NCBI GenBank assembly: GCA_965644295.1
Contig: CBFFRP010000338.1
Location: 236,181 to 300,180 of the forward strand
Direction of reading: 5' to 3'
DNA: 64,000 nt
Source: Paraphysomonas bandaiensis
Lineage: Eukaryota > Protista > Chrysophyceae
Numbering within the stretch: position 1 is the first letter of the stretch; the number at the start of each line of letters is the position of its first letter. This document shows, one piece after another, positions 25,268-36,391 of the stretch. The notes under the pieces were generated by a model. It searched no databases, had not been told where the DNA came from, and was given only the letters and a program-made list of their open reading frames with translations. Made by a program: the position numbers and the translations under genes.

Positions 25268-27415
25268 ATGGAGTGTCCAATTTGTAGTTATGATTACACT
25301 GATGGGGGAGAGTATGATCCTCGAAGCTTACCCTGTGGACACACTCTATGCATCACATGCTTACACCAACTCAGAGCAAATAAATGTCCCATATGTTCAC
25401 AACATTTTTCACGTGATATTAATAAAATTCCAAGAAATTTCACAGTAATTGACTTTTGTCGTCATACTTCTTTATCAACCAATCATAAACGTTCATTATC
25501 TGAAACTATAAACTTCGAACATATTCAATCAAAGATTGCTATAAATGTAAGTAAAAAGGAAGATATACTCACACGTATCAGAAAGATCAGACATAATTCA
25601 CAAGTAATCAAACAACAGATTCAAGATACACAAGAACGTTTAAATGAATTACAGTCAAATAGTTCATGTTTAGATTTGGAATATGAAAGACTTTGTAGTA
25701 AAAAGGAACAAATTCAGTCACGTATTATACAGTTACAGAATCAAATGACTGTAAACGACAGACAACAACACGCTCTTCCAGCCCCTTCATTCACTGGTGA
25801 TGGAACAAGTGCTTCTTCTGGATATAATCATGATCGATATTCAGATGAGACAACTGATACAACAACAAGAGCAGATGATGAAATTACACGATCGATAGCT
25901 TTGTTGCGTGAAGGCAGTGCAAAGGACAAGATTAAGGCAGCAGAGGTACTTTATGAGCTTGCTGCAAACGCCGATAACAGCATCAGAATTGGTCGTGAGG
26001 GCGGTATATCGGCATTGATTGCTTTGTTGCGTGAGGGCAGTACTGAGGGCAAGAGTAAAGCGGCAGCAGTACTTCGTAAACTTGCTGCGAAAGCCAATAA
26101 CAGTATCAGCATAGCTCGTGAGGACGGTATATCTGCTTTGATTGCTTTGTTGCGTGAGGGCAGTGCAGCGGGCAAGGTTTTGGCGGCGGAGGTACTTTAT
26201 GACTTTGCTCGATATACCGATAACAAAATTAGCATTGCTCGTAAGGGCGGTATATCGGCATTAATTGCTTTATTGCGTAAAGGCAGTGCTGCGGGCAAGA
26301 TTAAAGCGGCAGAGGTACTTGGTAAACTTGCTGCTGACGCCGATAACAGCATCAGAATTGGTCGTGAGGGCGGTATATCTGCATTGATTGCTTTGTTGCG
26401 TGGGGGCAGTGAAGAGGGCAGGATTAAGGCGGCCGAGATACTTGGTAAATTTAATGCGAAAGCCGCTAATAGAGTTAGCATATCTCGTGAGGGCGGTATA
26501 TCTGCTTTGGTTGCTTTGTTGCGTGAAGGCAGTGCAGAGGGCAAGATTAAGGCGGCCACAGTACTTTATGACTTTGCTCGAAATAACGACAACAAAATAT
26601 GTATTGCACGTGAGGGCGGTATGTCTGCATTGATTGCTTTGTTGCGTGAGGGTCATGAAGAGGGAAAGATTAAGGCGGCAGTGGCACTTGGTAGACTGGC
26701 TACTATCGCCGATAACAGACTTAGCATAGCTCGTGAGGGTGGTATGTCTGCATTGATTGCTTTGCTGCGTGAGGGCAGTGAAGAGGGCAAGATTAAGGCG
26801 GCAGAGTTACTTTATGAGTTTGCTTTACACGCCAATATCAGACTGAGCATATCTCGTGGGGGTGGTATATCTGCATTGATTGCTGTGTTGCGTGAGGGCA
26901 GTTCATATGCCCAGTTTAGGGCGGTACTGGTACTTGATCAACTTGCTGAAAATACCGATAACAGTATCAGCATTGGTCGTGAGGGTGGTATATCTGCATT
27001 GATTGCTTTGTTGCGTAAGAGCAGTACATATGACCATTCTAGGTCGGTACAGGTACTTGATAAACTTGCTGCAAACGCCGATAACAGTATCAGAATTGGT
27101 CGTGAGGGCGGTATATCTGCTTTGATTGCTTTGTTGCGTGAGGGCAGGGAAGAGGGCAAGATTGAGGTGGCAGCAGTACTTGATAAACTTGCTGCAAACG
27201 CCGATAACAGTATCAGCATAGCTCGTGAGGGCGGTATATCTGCTTTGGTTGCTTTGTTGCGTGAGGGCAGTGCAGCGGGCAAGATTTTGGCCGCACAGAT
27301 ACTTGATAAACTTGCTGCAAACGCCGATAACAGTATCAGCATTGGTCGTGGGGGCAATATATCTGCATTGATTGCTTCGTTGCGTGAGGGCAGTGCAGAG
27401 GGCATGGGTACTTGA
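25268..27415 (+). CDS. RING-HC finger, coiled coil and about 12-13 near-identical 41-aa Armadillo repeats (putative E3 ligase); intronless
   Basis: CPIC..PCGHTLCITC..CPIC; a heptad region; 123-bp tandem units (REGGISALIALLREGS). The last repeat is broken by a small frameshifting deletion near 27405, and the repeat frame continues to about 27509. Confidence 0.9.
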   Translation: MECPICSYDYTDGGEYDPRSLPCGHTLCITCLHQLRANKCPICSQHFSRDINKIPRNFTVIDFCRHTSLSTNHKRSLSETINFEHIQSKIAINVSKKEDILTRIRKIRHNSQVIKQQIQDTQERLNELQSNSSCLDLEYERLCSKKEQIQSRIIQLQNQMTVNDRQQHALPAPSFTGDGTSASSGYNHDRYSDETTDTTTRADDEITRSIALLREGSAKDKIKAAEVLYELAANADNSIRIGREGGISALIALLREGSTEGKSKAAAVLRKLAAKANNSISIAREDGISALIALLREGSAAGKVLAAEVLYDFARYTDNKISIARKGGISALIALLRKGSAAGKIKAAEVLGKLAADADNSIRIGREGGISALIALLRGGSEEGRIKAAEILGKFNAKAANRVSISREGGISALVALLREGSAEGKIKAATVLYDFARNNDNKICIAREGGMSALIALLREGHEEGKIKAAVALGRLATIADNRLSIAREGGMSALIALLREGSEEGKIKAAELLYEFALHANIRLSISRGGGISALIAVLREGSSYAQFRAVLVLDQLAENTDNSISIGREGGISALIALLRKSSTYDHSRSVQVLDKLAANADNSIRIGREGGISALIALLREGREEGKIEVAAVLDKLAANADNSISIAREGGISALVALLREGSAAGKILAAQILDKLAANADNSISIGRGGNISALIASLREGSAEGMGT

Positions 27416-27769
27416 TAAACTTGCTACAAGTGGTGATAACAGTATTAGCATTGGTCGCGAGGGTGGTGTATCTGCATTGATTGCTGTGTTGCGTGATAAT
27501 ATATCTTAATTAATAAAATAATATAAAGTTTGTTATTTTTACGTCTGATGTAAAATTGCTCGACTTGTTTACAGCACTATCAATGAGTTAAAATTTATTG
27601 TGAGTATTATATCTTACTATTCTCGGCAATTTGCTATGTTCATTGGATTCACTCTCACCAATCAATAATATACGATTTTAGACAGTCACGATATATATAT
27701 ATAAACTACTATATTGTCGCGATATTTCTTGATTTACTTCACAAAACTAACCCTATATATTAAATGTCT

Positions 27770-29200
27770 TTTTATTTAGCAATAGGCGTTAAAAACTCGT
27801 TCCGATATAGTGGCTAGTTGAATGCTAGATCTACTAGTTAGACCTCTACCCATAACTAATCAGCACAAATTCTGTTATCCTACTATTTAACGCTACAGAA
27901 GCTGCTTGTGCGTCGCCGCAAGCACCAAGGTGCAACCACTTCCGTTCTTGATGTTGTGTGTGAGTTCGCCCTGCTCGTGTGTCTGAGGACTCACTGGCGC
28001 GTGTTGTCCGGGGGTCTCCCCTTGGGATAAGGTTCCGCCTGGCTCTGAGGTACCGGGTTCTGTATTAAGGTCCTGAGTGTACCGAGCACTAGAGGTGTGT
28101 ATTGAAAGGTTGATGGTGTGGTGGAGTGTAGCGGTGTCACCATGCACCGTCTGGGCGTTGGGCATAGGAGGAGTTGCCGGAGACGTCGTCGCCGTTGTCT
28201 AGGGCCTGTTGGTTTCATACGGTCCTGTGCTATGGTCCTTTGTGTATGGTTGGGAGGGTTCATAGGTGCGGTGGGTGGTGTTCCAGTCTTGGTTCGTCTG
28301 TGGATTCCTAGTAGTCTTAGCACCCTTGGGCGTTTCCGTTTCTGTCTTTGTTGTGGACTCGGCCGCTGTCGTAGCCTTGGAGGACCTTTCCGTAGGGTCA
28401 GGTATCTTCTACTGCGATCTTGGATCATGAGCTTTGCTGCAGCGTAAAGCGGTAGAAGTAATTTGATGATCGCTGATTCGATGCTGCGCAGTCCTTGGGA
28501 TGTCAGTGACTCATGGATGTGATCTCCAAAAACCATTTCAAGCTGTGTAGTTGTGATGGTACCCGTCCAGAATCTCTCCACCTGTGGCACGGAAGGGTTC
28601 TAGGCCCTGCTGGAGAGTCGCTGCAGTACAGTGGTGGTCCATTGGGGTAGTTTCGGATTTCTCATTTCTTCTAGGAGCGCGTTTTTGTGGCTGTGAAATG
28701 CAGACTCCCTTATCTGCGTTATGGTGGCGTTTGTACAGTCTAAACACATATGCTTGAGTGAGTCTAGTCTAAATCCGTAGTCAGTGCATACAGCTTTAGC
28801 CATGTCGAGTCCGTGTTTGGTTTTCGCCCGGTTTCTTCCTATGCTGCAGGATTTGTCCCATGTCAGTGCTGCATTGAGTACTCGTTGGCGTAGGTGGGAG
28901 CTCACTTTGTCCTTTGACGGGCCACCATCTGCTTGCGCCAATTTGCGCGGAAGTAGTGCTCCGCTGTCTTTCCAGTATCCAGGAGCCCGGTCAGGATTGT
29001 GACCGTAGCGTTGGTCTCGGAGAGCTGTGTAGGCCTCCAGCGCCCGTTGATTACGGAGGGATTGGAAATCCGTGAGCAGGGGGCTTGTTCGATACGGCCG
29101 TCGTTCCCCAGTTAGACGCCAGTGCCATAAACCCTCGGTAAGTATTCTCTCGATGGCTTGGTCCACTTCTATGTTACAGACCGTGTAATTTTGTCGTCCG
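27770..29200 (-). mobile_element. 5'-truncated non-LTR retrotransposon (LINE-like) 3' fragment
   Basis: GC-rich, with frameshifted ORFs 28600..29166 and 27991..28590. Degenerate C-terminal zinc knuckle VCTDYGFRLDSLKHMCLDC, typical of the region after LINE RT. The 3' tail recurs at about 29210-29390 and 54860-54938. Confidence 0.65.
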
Positions 29201-29209
29201 AGTAGTCTC

Positions 29210-29390
29210 TTATAAAATACTGTGTTTAAGTATAATAGGCTTTACGAGCCTGCACCAATGTAGTAGCTAGATGAATGCTAGTCAACCTCTACCTATAACT
29301 ATTCAGTTCAAAATTCAAACACTGCTATCCTACTATTTGACGCTACAGAAGCTGCTTGTGCGTCGCCGCAAGCACAAAGGTGCAACCAGT
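29210..29390 (-). repeat. Second copy of the LINE-associated structured tail
   Basis: CCTACTATTTGACGCTACAGAAGCTGCTTGTGCGTCGCCGCAAGCAC..GGTGCAACCA, nearly identical to 27879-27940. Confidence 0.85.
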
Positions 29391-29860
29391 GTCAGCGACG
29401 TACTCATCCGCGAAGGGGTCGATAAAAGTTTGGGAATGTTTGTTCCTGAAAGTGTATTACATCGAGCTTCCGATATATTGATTGACGCGCGAAGGACAGA
29501 CATGGTGGTAAGATCAATTTGGGGAAAGCAATCAAAAAAGGAAAAGAAGCAGCGGCACTTGCCAACAAAGCATCAAAAGCGGTGGTGGGCGAGTCACTCA
29601 CGGATATGGCGGTCAATCGTCTCGAGGAAGAGGCAGTCAATCGCGGTGTGAATGCAAAGATAGCCAAGCGCGTCAGCAAAGTTGGTAAAAAAGCGGCCTC
29701 AAATTATGTCGGTGGTTCGCTCACAGGCGACGCGTACGTGTACTCATATCAAGGGATAATGGGACCATCACACCCCGCAATCCGCAATGGACCCGTACAA
29801 CAGAGGTAGTCGAAAAGGAAAACGTGGTGGTTCGTTTTTACTATCCTTATACATATAAAC
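29390..29860 (+). pseudogene. Polinton/virophage-like basic (core-like) protein remnant with Gly-Gly motifs
   Basis: Lys/Ala-rich ORF 29519..29809 plus frameshifted flanks. Motifs HGG|KI, VGG|SL and RGG|SF, plus GPSHPA. Lies directly upstream of an adenain-type protease. Confidence 0.5.
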
Positions 29861-29873
29861 GAATGGAACTAGG

Positions 29874-30200
29874 AATTTCAACATCGATGACGGCTCCAAA
29901 GATACATATTGGGTCGCCATATTTTCACAGGGGGTAAACGCTATTTATATTTCGACTCATTTTCCCTCGCGCCACCAACAAATATAGCGGCATATATTAA
30001 ACGTGTGAATGGAAACAAAAAAATACCCTACAACTATTCCAAACTGCAGGATCCTCGTGCAGAATCGTGCGGTTATTGGTGCATGCTCTGGTTGGACTAT
30101 ATGAGAAAGCGATCCATTCTGACAAAATGGTCACTCACTTCACTATTCAATAATGCGGAACAAAATGAAATCATATTGCACGAACTATACCTATTAGTCG
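29874..30200 (+). pseudogene. Adenain-like (Polinton/virophage PRO) cysteine protease, frameshifted
   Basis: NIDDGSKDTYWVAIF / YFDSFSLAPP / YNYSKLQ / SCGYWC / NEIIL. This matches the N-x-D..HW..YFDSFG..PP..YN..Q..CG..C pattern. The His codon is TAT, and there is a frameshift near 29948. Confidence 0.8.
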
Positions 30201-30521
30201 CTTTCGCATGTATATTACTCTACTTACACGAAAGGTTGGGTGTGAGCCCGAAGAGTATGCTAGTATTAATACAATTAATTGTACCAGAGTAGAACTATAC
30301 ATACTCGATAAATCGAATATGTGTTTACATACTGCTACGGTAGACAGCAGCAAAATATATAAATGATCAGGGATGCAACGAGCAGTTCCGTTATTTCATG
30401 ATTTGAAAAACGCATTGTTTCAGGGGTTGTGATGAGTAATGAGCATAGCTCGCATGTTTGTCGCATAGGAATCTTACGTATCCGTTCGAGCCATGCCATT
30501 GATAAGTGGAAAACAACGATC

Positions 30522-31958
30522 CTATGATGGTATGGACAACTCATTTTTCGCCATTTTATAAAGGGTATCAAAAACTCTACAAGGATCATCCCGCACACCA
30601 CTATGTTGAAACTCGTTGGTGACCCACATACGACACAAGTCACTTCCTCCAAGTAGATCTGCAGTTGCCTCACTAAATTCTCTTTCCACAAACACGTCAT
30701 CATACGATACCAACGCAGCACATGAAACATCACGAGCAACATTTATCAGCGAGGACAAGTCATACAGAGGTCGTTCCCATCGCTCATTGGCAAGTATATT
30801 GGCCACATCTTTCAACGGTGCAAGTCTTGCGTAGTCTTCCGACATCCACGAGAACACCATCTCGCCAGTGAAGTTTATAGGTTGGTCATCATTTTGCAAA
30901 GCTTTGACTGCATCAAAAGCATCTGCAAATTCTGCTTCCTTGATCACAGTTTCCGCTGTCCACTCTGAAGCTGTTCCTGCACCATTCATGTATATACTCT
31001 CATGCATGAGCCAGTATATGGGTGAAGATTCGAACCCAGACTGATGCTGCATCACTGAAGCCAAGAATGACTCACTCAGCTCTTCAAGACCGCTCGTCCC
31101 TGGTGCACTGTGAAAAGGGTCTTCCATTAGCCAGTGCATGGCCTCCATTCCTGCCCCAGAACCCAGCAACAGTCCAAGCTGTTGAAATCTACGCACCGTC
31201 AGGCGTCCACCATCTAGCAGAACCACAGGGTCGCCTGCTTGCTCTCGGGAATATAAATGAGCAACAACCGCTCGTATACGCGATATGTCTTCAGGATATC
31301 GGGCATAGAATCGACGACTACGAACAAGCATACGCCTGTAAGTAGCAATATAGACTTCCCGAATGCTTTTCGTTACCGGCGCGAGCCCGCAGGTAAAAAG
31401 ACAAGTCTCTGCCCCGAACGGATACTGTGATAAATAAGAAAGCATACAAAATCCACCAAATGACTGCCCCAGCAAGGAGATCTTGTTCATAGGACCACAT
31501 AATTCTTTTCGAATGGCTTCTATATCATGTGCTATAGCATCTGAACGCATATGTCGAAGATAATGTGCTTGTTTCTCTACACCTCCTTCATCAGCTAATT
31601 GTTTTAATCTTTGTATTGTCATTGCTGTACTACGACCTGTACCACGTTGATCAAGTAGTAATAAACGATATCCTTTATTCAGAGCTGACTTCATCCATCC
31701 AGATGGAGGGGCTGTAGGACGAGGACTAGGGAACCCAGGTCCCCCTTGAAGATACATGAGTGCTTTTGATTGAGTTGTATTAGTATTTAATTGTAATTCT
31801 CTTATGAATATATGTATATATGCATCCGTATAGTGTGTGGGGTCATGTATGTATGTATACCAGTCAAGTGGGACATGAAATGTATGATCTAACATGAGAT
31901 ATCCACCATGCCATATGGTAGATGTTGTATGATGAAGGAATGATGAGGTTGAAGACAT
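30522..31958 (-). CDS. pip: Proline iminopeptidase (peptidase S33, alpha/beta hydrolase); intronless
   Basis: LQGGPG, DQRGTGRS, GQSFGG (nucleophile Ser), YDDVFV (Asp) and EFQHSG (His). Confidence 0.92.
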   Translation of the reverse strand: MSSTSSFLHHTTSTIWHGGYLMLDHTFHVPLDWYTYIHDPTHYTDAYIHIFIRELQLNTNTTQSKALMYLQGGPGFPSPRPTAPPSGWMKSALNKGYRLLLLDQRGTGRSTAMTIQRLKQLADEGGVEKQAHYLRHMRSDAIAHDIEAIRKELCGPMNKISLLGQSFGGFCMLSYLSQYPFGAETCLFTCGLAPVTKSIREVYIATYRRMLVRSRRFYARYPEDISRIRAVVAHLYSREQAGDPVVLLDGGRLTVRRFQQLGLLLGSGAGMEAMHWLMEDPFHSAPGTSGLEELSESFLASVMQHQSGFESSPIYWLMHESIYMNGAGTASEWTAETVIKEAEFADAFDAVKALQNDDQPINFTGEMVFSWMSEDYARLAPLKDVANILANERWERPLYDLSSLINVARDVSCAALVSYDDVFVEREFSEATADLLGGSDLCRMWVTNEFQHSGVRDDPCRVFDTLYKMAKNELSIPS

Positions 31959-32065
31959 GATTGTATGAGATAATGAAGCAGAGTATTGTGATATGATGGT
32001 ATATATATCTATCTGTTTGCTACTGTGTGCTAAGTAGTAGAGGCATACTGTACTACTGCCTCTAT

Positions 32066-32193
32066 CAGTGGGTGGAAAAAAGTCGATCAGGCAAAAAATC
32101 CCAGGATTTTATCTGCATATTGTATTGTTTTTTCATGATCTGCAGATACAAATAACGAGCGATTTTTTGCCTGATCGACTTTTTCCCTCTACA
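32066..32193. mobile_element. Small MITE with about 30-bp imperfect TIRs
   Basis: GGTGGAAAAAAGTCGATCAGGCAAAAAATC ... GATTTTTTGCCTGATCGACTTTTTCC; a related element sits at about 37844-38000. Confidence 0.75.
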
Positions 32194-32247
32194 ATAGTAT
32201 GTAGTGAGGATATCTAGATATCCAAAGCGAATACTGAAAAAAAATAG

Positions 32248-32566
32248 CGTATCGGCATCCTTTGTGTATTTTTGTTCCAAGATGCCTCTAATATTGAGAC
32301 AACAATTATATGTATTCTATCCGTACTTGTACTTCAGTAATATAGAAGTTTTCGGCTTCAATAATTTTCCGAACAATAACATGCTGACTGCCGATACGAG
32401 CTATATAGCAGCAGCGTATTGGCAGTCAGCATCTCATTTTTCGGAAATTAAATGGAAGCGAATATACTCTATATTACTGCGATACAACTACAGCTGAATA
32501 ACACATAATTGTTGTCTCAATATTAGAGGCATATTTGAACAAAAATATACAAAGGATGCCGATACG
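32248..32566. mobile_element. MITE with about 60-bp TIRs
   Basis: CGTATCGGCATCCTTTGTGTATTTTTGTT..GACAACAATTAT / ATAATTGTTGTC..CAAAGGATGCCGATACG. The empty site is visible in the paralogous copy near 38117. Confidence 0.88.
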
Positions 32567-32724
32567 AGGATACGACCATAGAAACTCACGTTAAAATATA
32601 CGTACCTATTCCGGTATATGGTACACTTCACGCCTTACAATAAAGTGGTGAGATATAGTGACCATTACTACGATTGTATCTAACGTATCAATTCATACAT
32701 AATCAATCATTCACATTCTATTAT

Positions 32725-33438
32725 ATGACTATAGAAGTATTACCAACAGTTAAGAAGAAATCTAAAACTCGTCGAGGACAAGCTTCCTTGAAAAGACGTC
32801 AAGACAAGAGGCAGGATGTCTTCCTTGAGGAAGCGGCTAAGCGACGTGCAAGGAACTTTGCATTACGTTGCCCTCAAGGTGGCTTAGGGGTACATGATGA
32901 GCTATTTAAAGTAGCACCCTACTTGTATAGTATCACATCCGATGATACCCCTGAGGTATGTGCCGCAGCTCTAGACTTTTACGCTAGTTGTGGTGAAGAT
33001 AATCCCTATGTCGAAGTCAGAAAGGGTGTCAATGTTGCCAATCCTGATGGCTTGAGTCCAGAGAAGAAAGGACTCTTTGCTCGCGTAGACTTGGACTCAG
33101 GGATTCATGTCTGCCTCTATAGCGGGAAAGTCTTGGATAGGTGCCCTAATTGGGGTGCCTATATTGTTCACGTGCAGGATAGTGTCTACATTGATGCCGA
33201 GCGTGAGTTGTATGACTTGGGCTACCTCTGGGCCATTCCTATCGACGAGAGAAAACTTCTTAAGACGCCTTACAATCATGGTAGGTTTGTGAACACCCTG
33301 TCCGATGACAACCTCGCTGCAGGTCTGGAGTACAACTGTGAGTTTTGTATAGATGAAAGTGGCTTGGAAGTCGTCTGGGTGAGGACCCTAAGGCCGATAT
33401 CTGCAGGTGAGGAGCTGCTGGCTGACTATGGAAAGTAG
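32725..33438 (+). CDS. SET-domain protein, copy A (237 aa, basic N-terminal tail, no post-SET region); intronless
   Basis: KKGLFA, YSG, GRFVNT..YNC and RPISAGEELLADYG; start MTIEV at 32725. Confidence 0.88.
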   Translation: MTIEVLPTVKKKSKTRRGQASLKRRQDKRQDVFLEEAAKRRARNFALRCPQGGLGVHDELFKVAPYLYSITSDDTPEVCAAALDFYASCGEDNPYVEVRKGVNVANPDGLSPEKKGLFARVDLDSGIHVCLYSGKVLDRCPNWGAYIVHVQDSVYIDAERELYDLGYLWAIPIDERKLLKTPYNHGRFVNTLSDDNLAAGLEYNCEFCIDESGLEVVWVRTLRPISAGEELLADYGK

Positions 33439-34299
33439 TACAACTGGAAGAGTAAACTTCGTCGACGTGAGTAGTGAGTAGTGCTTTCTTTATTGTCGTT
33501 CATAAATAATAATGATTCTTTGTCGGCTGTTTATGCTTGAGCTATATACACTATAGTATTGTATTGATTATAGCCACATAAGTAAGGCACTAAAGGTTCC
33601 AAGTGGTCACAACGTCACAATATTACTCCTTAGCCCTACGTCAAATTGTAGCTTATAGCTTATCCTCATGATGTTAAAAAGCTAATATCTATATTGTATA
33701 GGGAATATGTATTATATTGAGGAGTAGGTGTTCCTGTTCCACTGTAAGAAAACAAGTAAAAAAAAGAAGTATTAATTCAAAAAAATCGTATCAACATAAG
33801 GGACTGGCAAAAAGCAATAAAGCCTCAAATTTCAATCTTATCGAATAGTTTGGTGATCTATACTTAAAAGTGCCCATCATTGTGGATTCCTTTTAAATGT
33901 GTAATACAATGAAGTCTGACTGTATCATTATTCTGTTTGAACCGAATGTCCATTTTTGCCTGGGCTAGTATGAGCGTTCTGTTTAACCCAATTCAGGTCA
34001 AACTTTTAGATATTCTATTTGGTTATTCAGCATGTATATATTGCGAATACCACATATGATGTAAGCAGCGGAAATAGTGAGCTTTCGATTACTGACATTG
34101 CAATACTCCCATTGCAATAGTTGTATTCATTAACAATTATGCCAAAACAAAATACTTTGTCATTGATTTAGATATTATAATCAGTGACAATATTTTGGCT
34201 TTGCGTATATCACCTATATATATACTATACATAACTTAATATTACTCACTTGCCACACAAGATTACGATAATTATTGCCACTGCAGCTACAAAAGTGCG

Positions 34300-34474
34300 T
34301 GATGCTTTCCAATATATGATGGACTATCTTCACTGGATAAAGCATTCCTGTAAGCATCTACGATAGGATACTATAGAGAATAGTAAGGAAAACATTATGC
34401 CATAATTAAGACCTACCAGAGTACTAAGTTCAACACTCATAGTGGCCCATCCAATACCAGTTGAATATACTGTG
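34300..34474 (-). pseudogene. Duplicated 3' fragment of the dynactin p27 gene
   Basis: Matches 40490-40673 (..STGIGWATMSVELSTL and the last exon). Confidence 0.85.
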
Positions 34475-34786
34475 ACAGAGGCTTTTTTTTTGTACATTTA
34501 AAAGTAAAATCCCTATATTTGTTGTCACCTCGTTCAAAAAACTCTAGATTAAACAAGATACCACGATCCAGCAAAGAAATCGAACTTTTTTCGCTCGTTA
34601 TTCGTGAAATATACTGCTGTGTATAGGTCATGGAATATCCACAAGATACAGCAGTATCCCATATCTAGATATCCATGATTGGATATCCACATAAATCTGA
34701 TACACTACGTACAACAAAATTATGTACTCAACTCATCTTCATATTTACATACTAAATCATTATAGTCTTATTTCTATACTAAACTA

Positions 34787-35473
34787 TTGATTGCAATGGT
34801 GGTATATTACAAGAAAACAATAGTTAGCACGATTGGAGGTGGCCCAAACCAACCTTATTGCAAATATTTTAAATATTATCAACAACAAAGGGGTAAAACT
34901 GTGCATTCGAAAAGATATGAGTATGAAATGTCGGTATGTGTTGACGAAAATGACTATAATACACTAGTGAATGCAATGAAGTCGTGTGAGGAAGATGATG
35001 TCCAGGAAGCTTTCGGTGGTCTCCTTGTAAACGTTACTAAAGGGGAGAGACTTACTTATAAATTAAACCTCGGCAAGACACCTAAGTACTACACTTATAG
35101 AGCTCAGATTTATTCTACAAAGGAGGTCGCTAATGACATTCGTGGCTACCATATCTTTGAAATTGGGCTTAACTATGAGCCTAAGAAGAGATCTCGTTGT
35201 ATTAATTTCGTTGTGAAGTTTTCCGGCCGTAATACTCGCTCGGTTGTATTTTATGAATACCGTCAACAACAACAGAAAATATTCGAAATTGACTTGAATA
35301 TTCATATCAAAAGTGGAGACGCAGGGAATGCAAGGAATTCCCTTGAGAATGAGATCAAACAATTTTGCCGCATACACGGTACAAATTTTAGAAGTTTTCA
35401 CCAGCATATGACGACTCATTGTAATGCTAATTGGAATATATCAGATCGTAGAACAAAGAGATATAATTTTTAG
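34787..35473 (+). CDS. Orphan intronless basic, Tyr-rich protein (about 225 aa)
   Basis: Uninterrupted 228-codon ORF in AT-rich DNA; no motif recognised; probable ATG at 34796. Confidence 0.6.
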   Translation: MIAMVVYYKKTIVSTIGGGPNQPYCKYFKYYQQQRGKTVHSKRYEYEMSVCVDENDYNTLVNAMKSCEEDDVQEAFGGLLVNVTKGERLTYKLNLGKTPKYYTYRAQIYSTKEVANDIRGYHIFEIGLNYEPKKRSRCINFVVKFSGRNTRSVVFYEYRQQQQKIFEIDLNIHIKSGDAGNARNSLENEIKQFCRIHGTNFRSFHQHMTTHCNANWNISDRRTKRYNF

Positions 35474-36391
35474 CAATAGGCATTAAGAATCAGCACCAGC
35501 TTAGTAGCTAGGTTGTTTCTAAAAGTGATTCCTAGCCATCATGCACATTCTATATATTGCATCTACAATAACAACTTTATACTTTTTATTTTAATAATCT
35601 TCTTCAAATCATCGATATCTTTATTCCCTACACCAACAATATCACAGAATTTGGCGAAGTCCATCTCCATCAAGAGCTTTATCAATGGTGCTGAAGAGCT
35701 TAACTTCATCACCGGTTCCGGCTGGTCTTGATCTCCACTGGGAGCGGCATCAGTGTCACCAGCCTCAATAACAAAATTATCAACATCTTCCACATCGTAA
35801 ACATTGCTAATTATATCTGCCATGTGACACAATATCAACTCTAATCATATTATAATGTGACTGGTGTAGCTGCAATGAATCTCATATTTTGGCGATGTTA
35901 CTGCCAAAAATCGCCGCCGTCAAGTTGAAAAACTACAATTGTTCCCTGACCAAAATCATAGAGCTGTCTGTTATGCTCCGTTATACACAACCACTTTGCA
36001 TTCACTGACAATTGGAAATCTATAAGGTTGAGGTCTTGCCTTCTTACTGAAACTCACTAGAAACGCGTTACTAAGTTACTAAAATACCCTAAATGCTATT
36101 TTTCATCAATATATCACTTCTCATTGTGTCACCTCAAATTTGGTATAACGGTACGGTGTCAACATATTATTCCATAACATACTGACTACTCTTTACTCTT
36201 TATGTATACGAGTGATGCAAGTACTATTATAATGGTTTTAACGAATGTGATCCGAATGAGTCAATGTTATCGTCAAATCATCTATATATTCTCTTAATGC
36301 TACGACATGATATTGAAATAAGACTAGAAAGGGTTGATAATTGAACATTTTATAAATTTAATGACTGAAATATTATAGAGGAAAAGGTTCA

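Larger units (their letters stand above)
31598..34474. repeat. Copy A of a tandem segmental duplication (copy B at about 36392-40673)
   Basis: Collinear blocks 31598-32027/36392-36818, 32190-33722/38064-39245 and 33727-34474/39938-40673. Confidence 0.92.

Noticed and set aside
25880-27500. CRISPR-like regular repeat/spacer appearance
   Set aside because: The units are in-frame 123-bp ARM coding repeats in a eukaryotic gene, with no cas genes.
27879-27940. Hammerhead or HDV-like ribozyme in the repeated hairpin
   Set aside because: The CTGANGA/GAAA core and the HDV nested pseudoknot pattern were not found.
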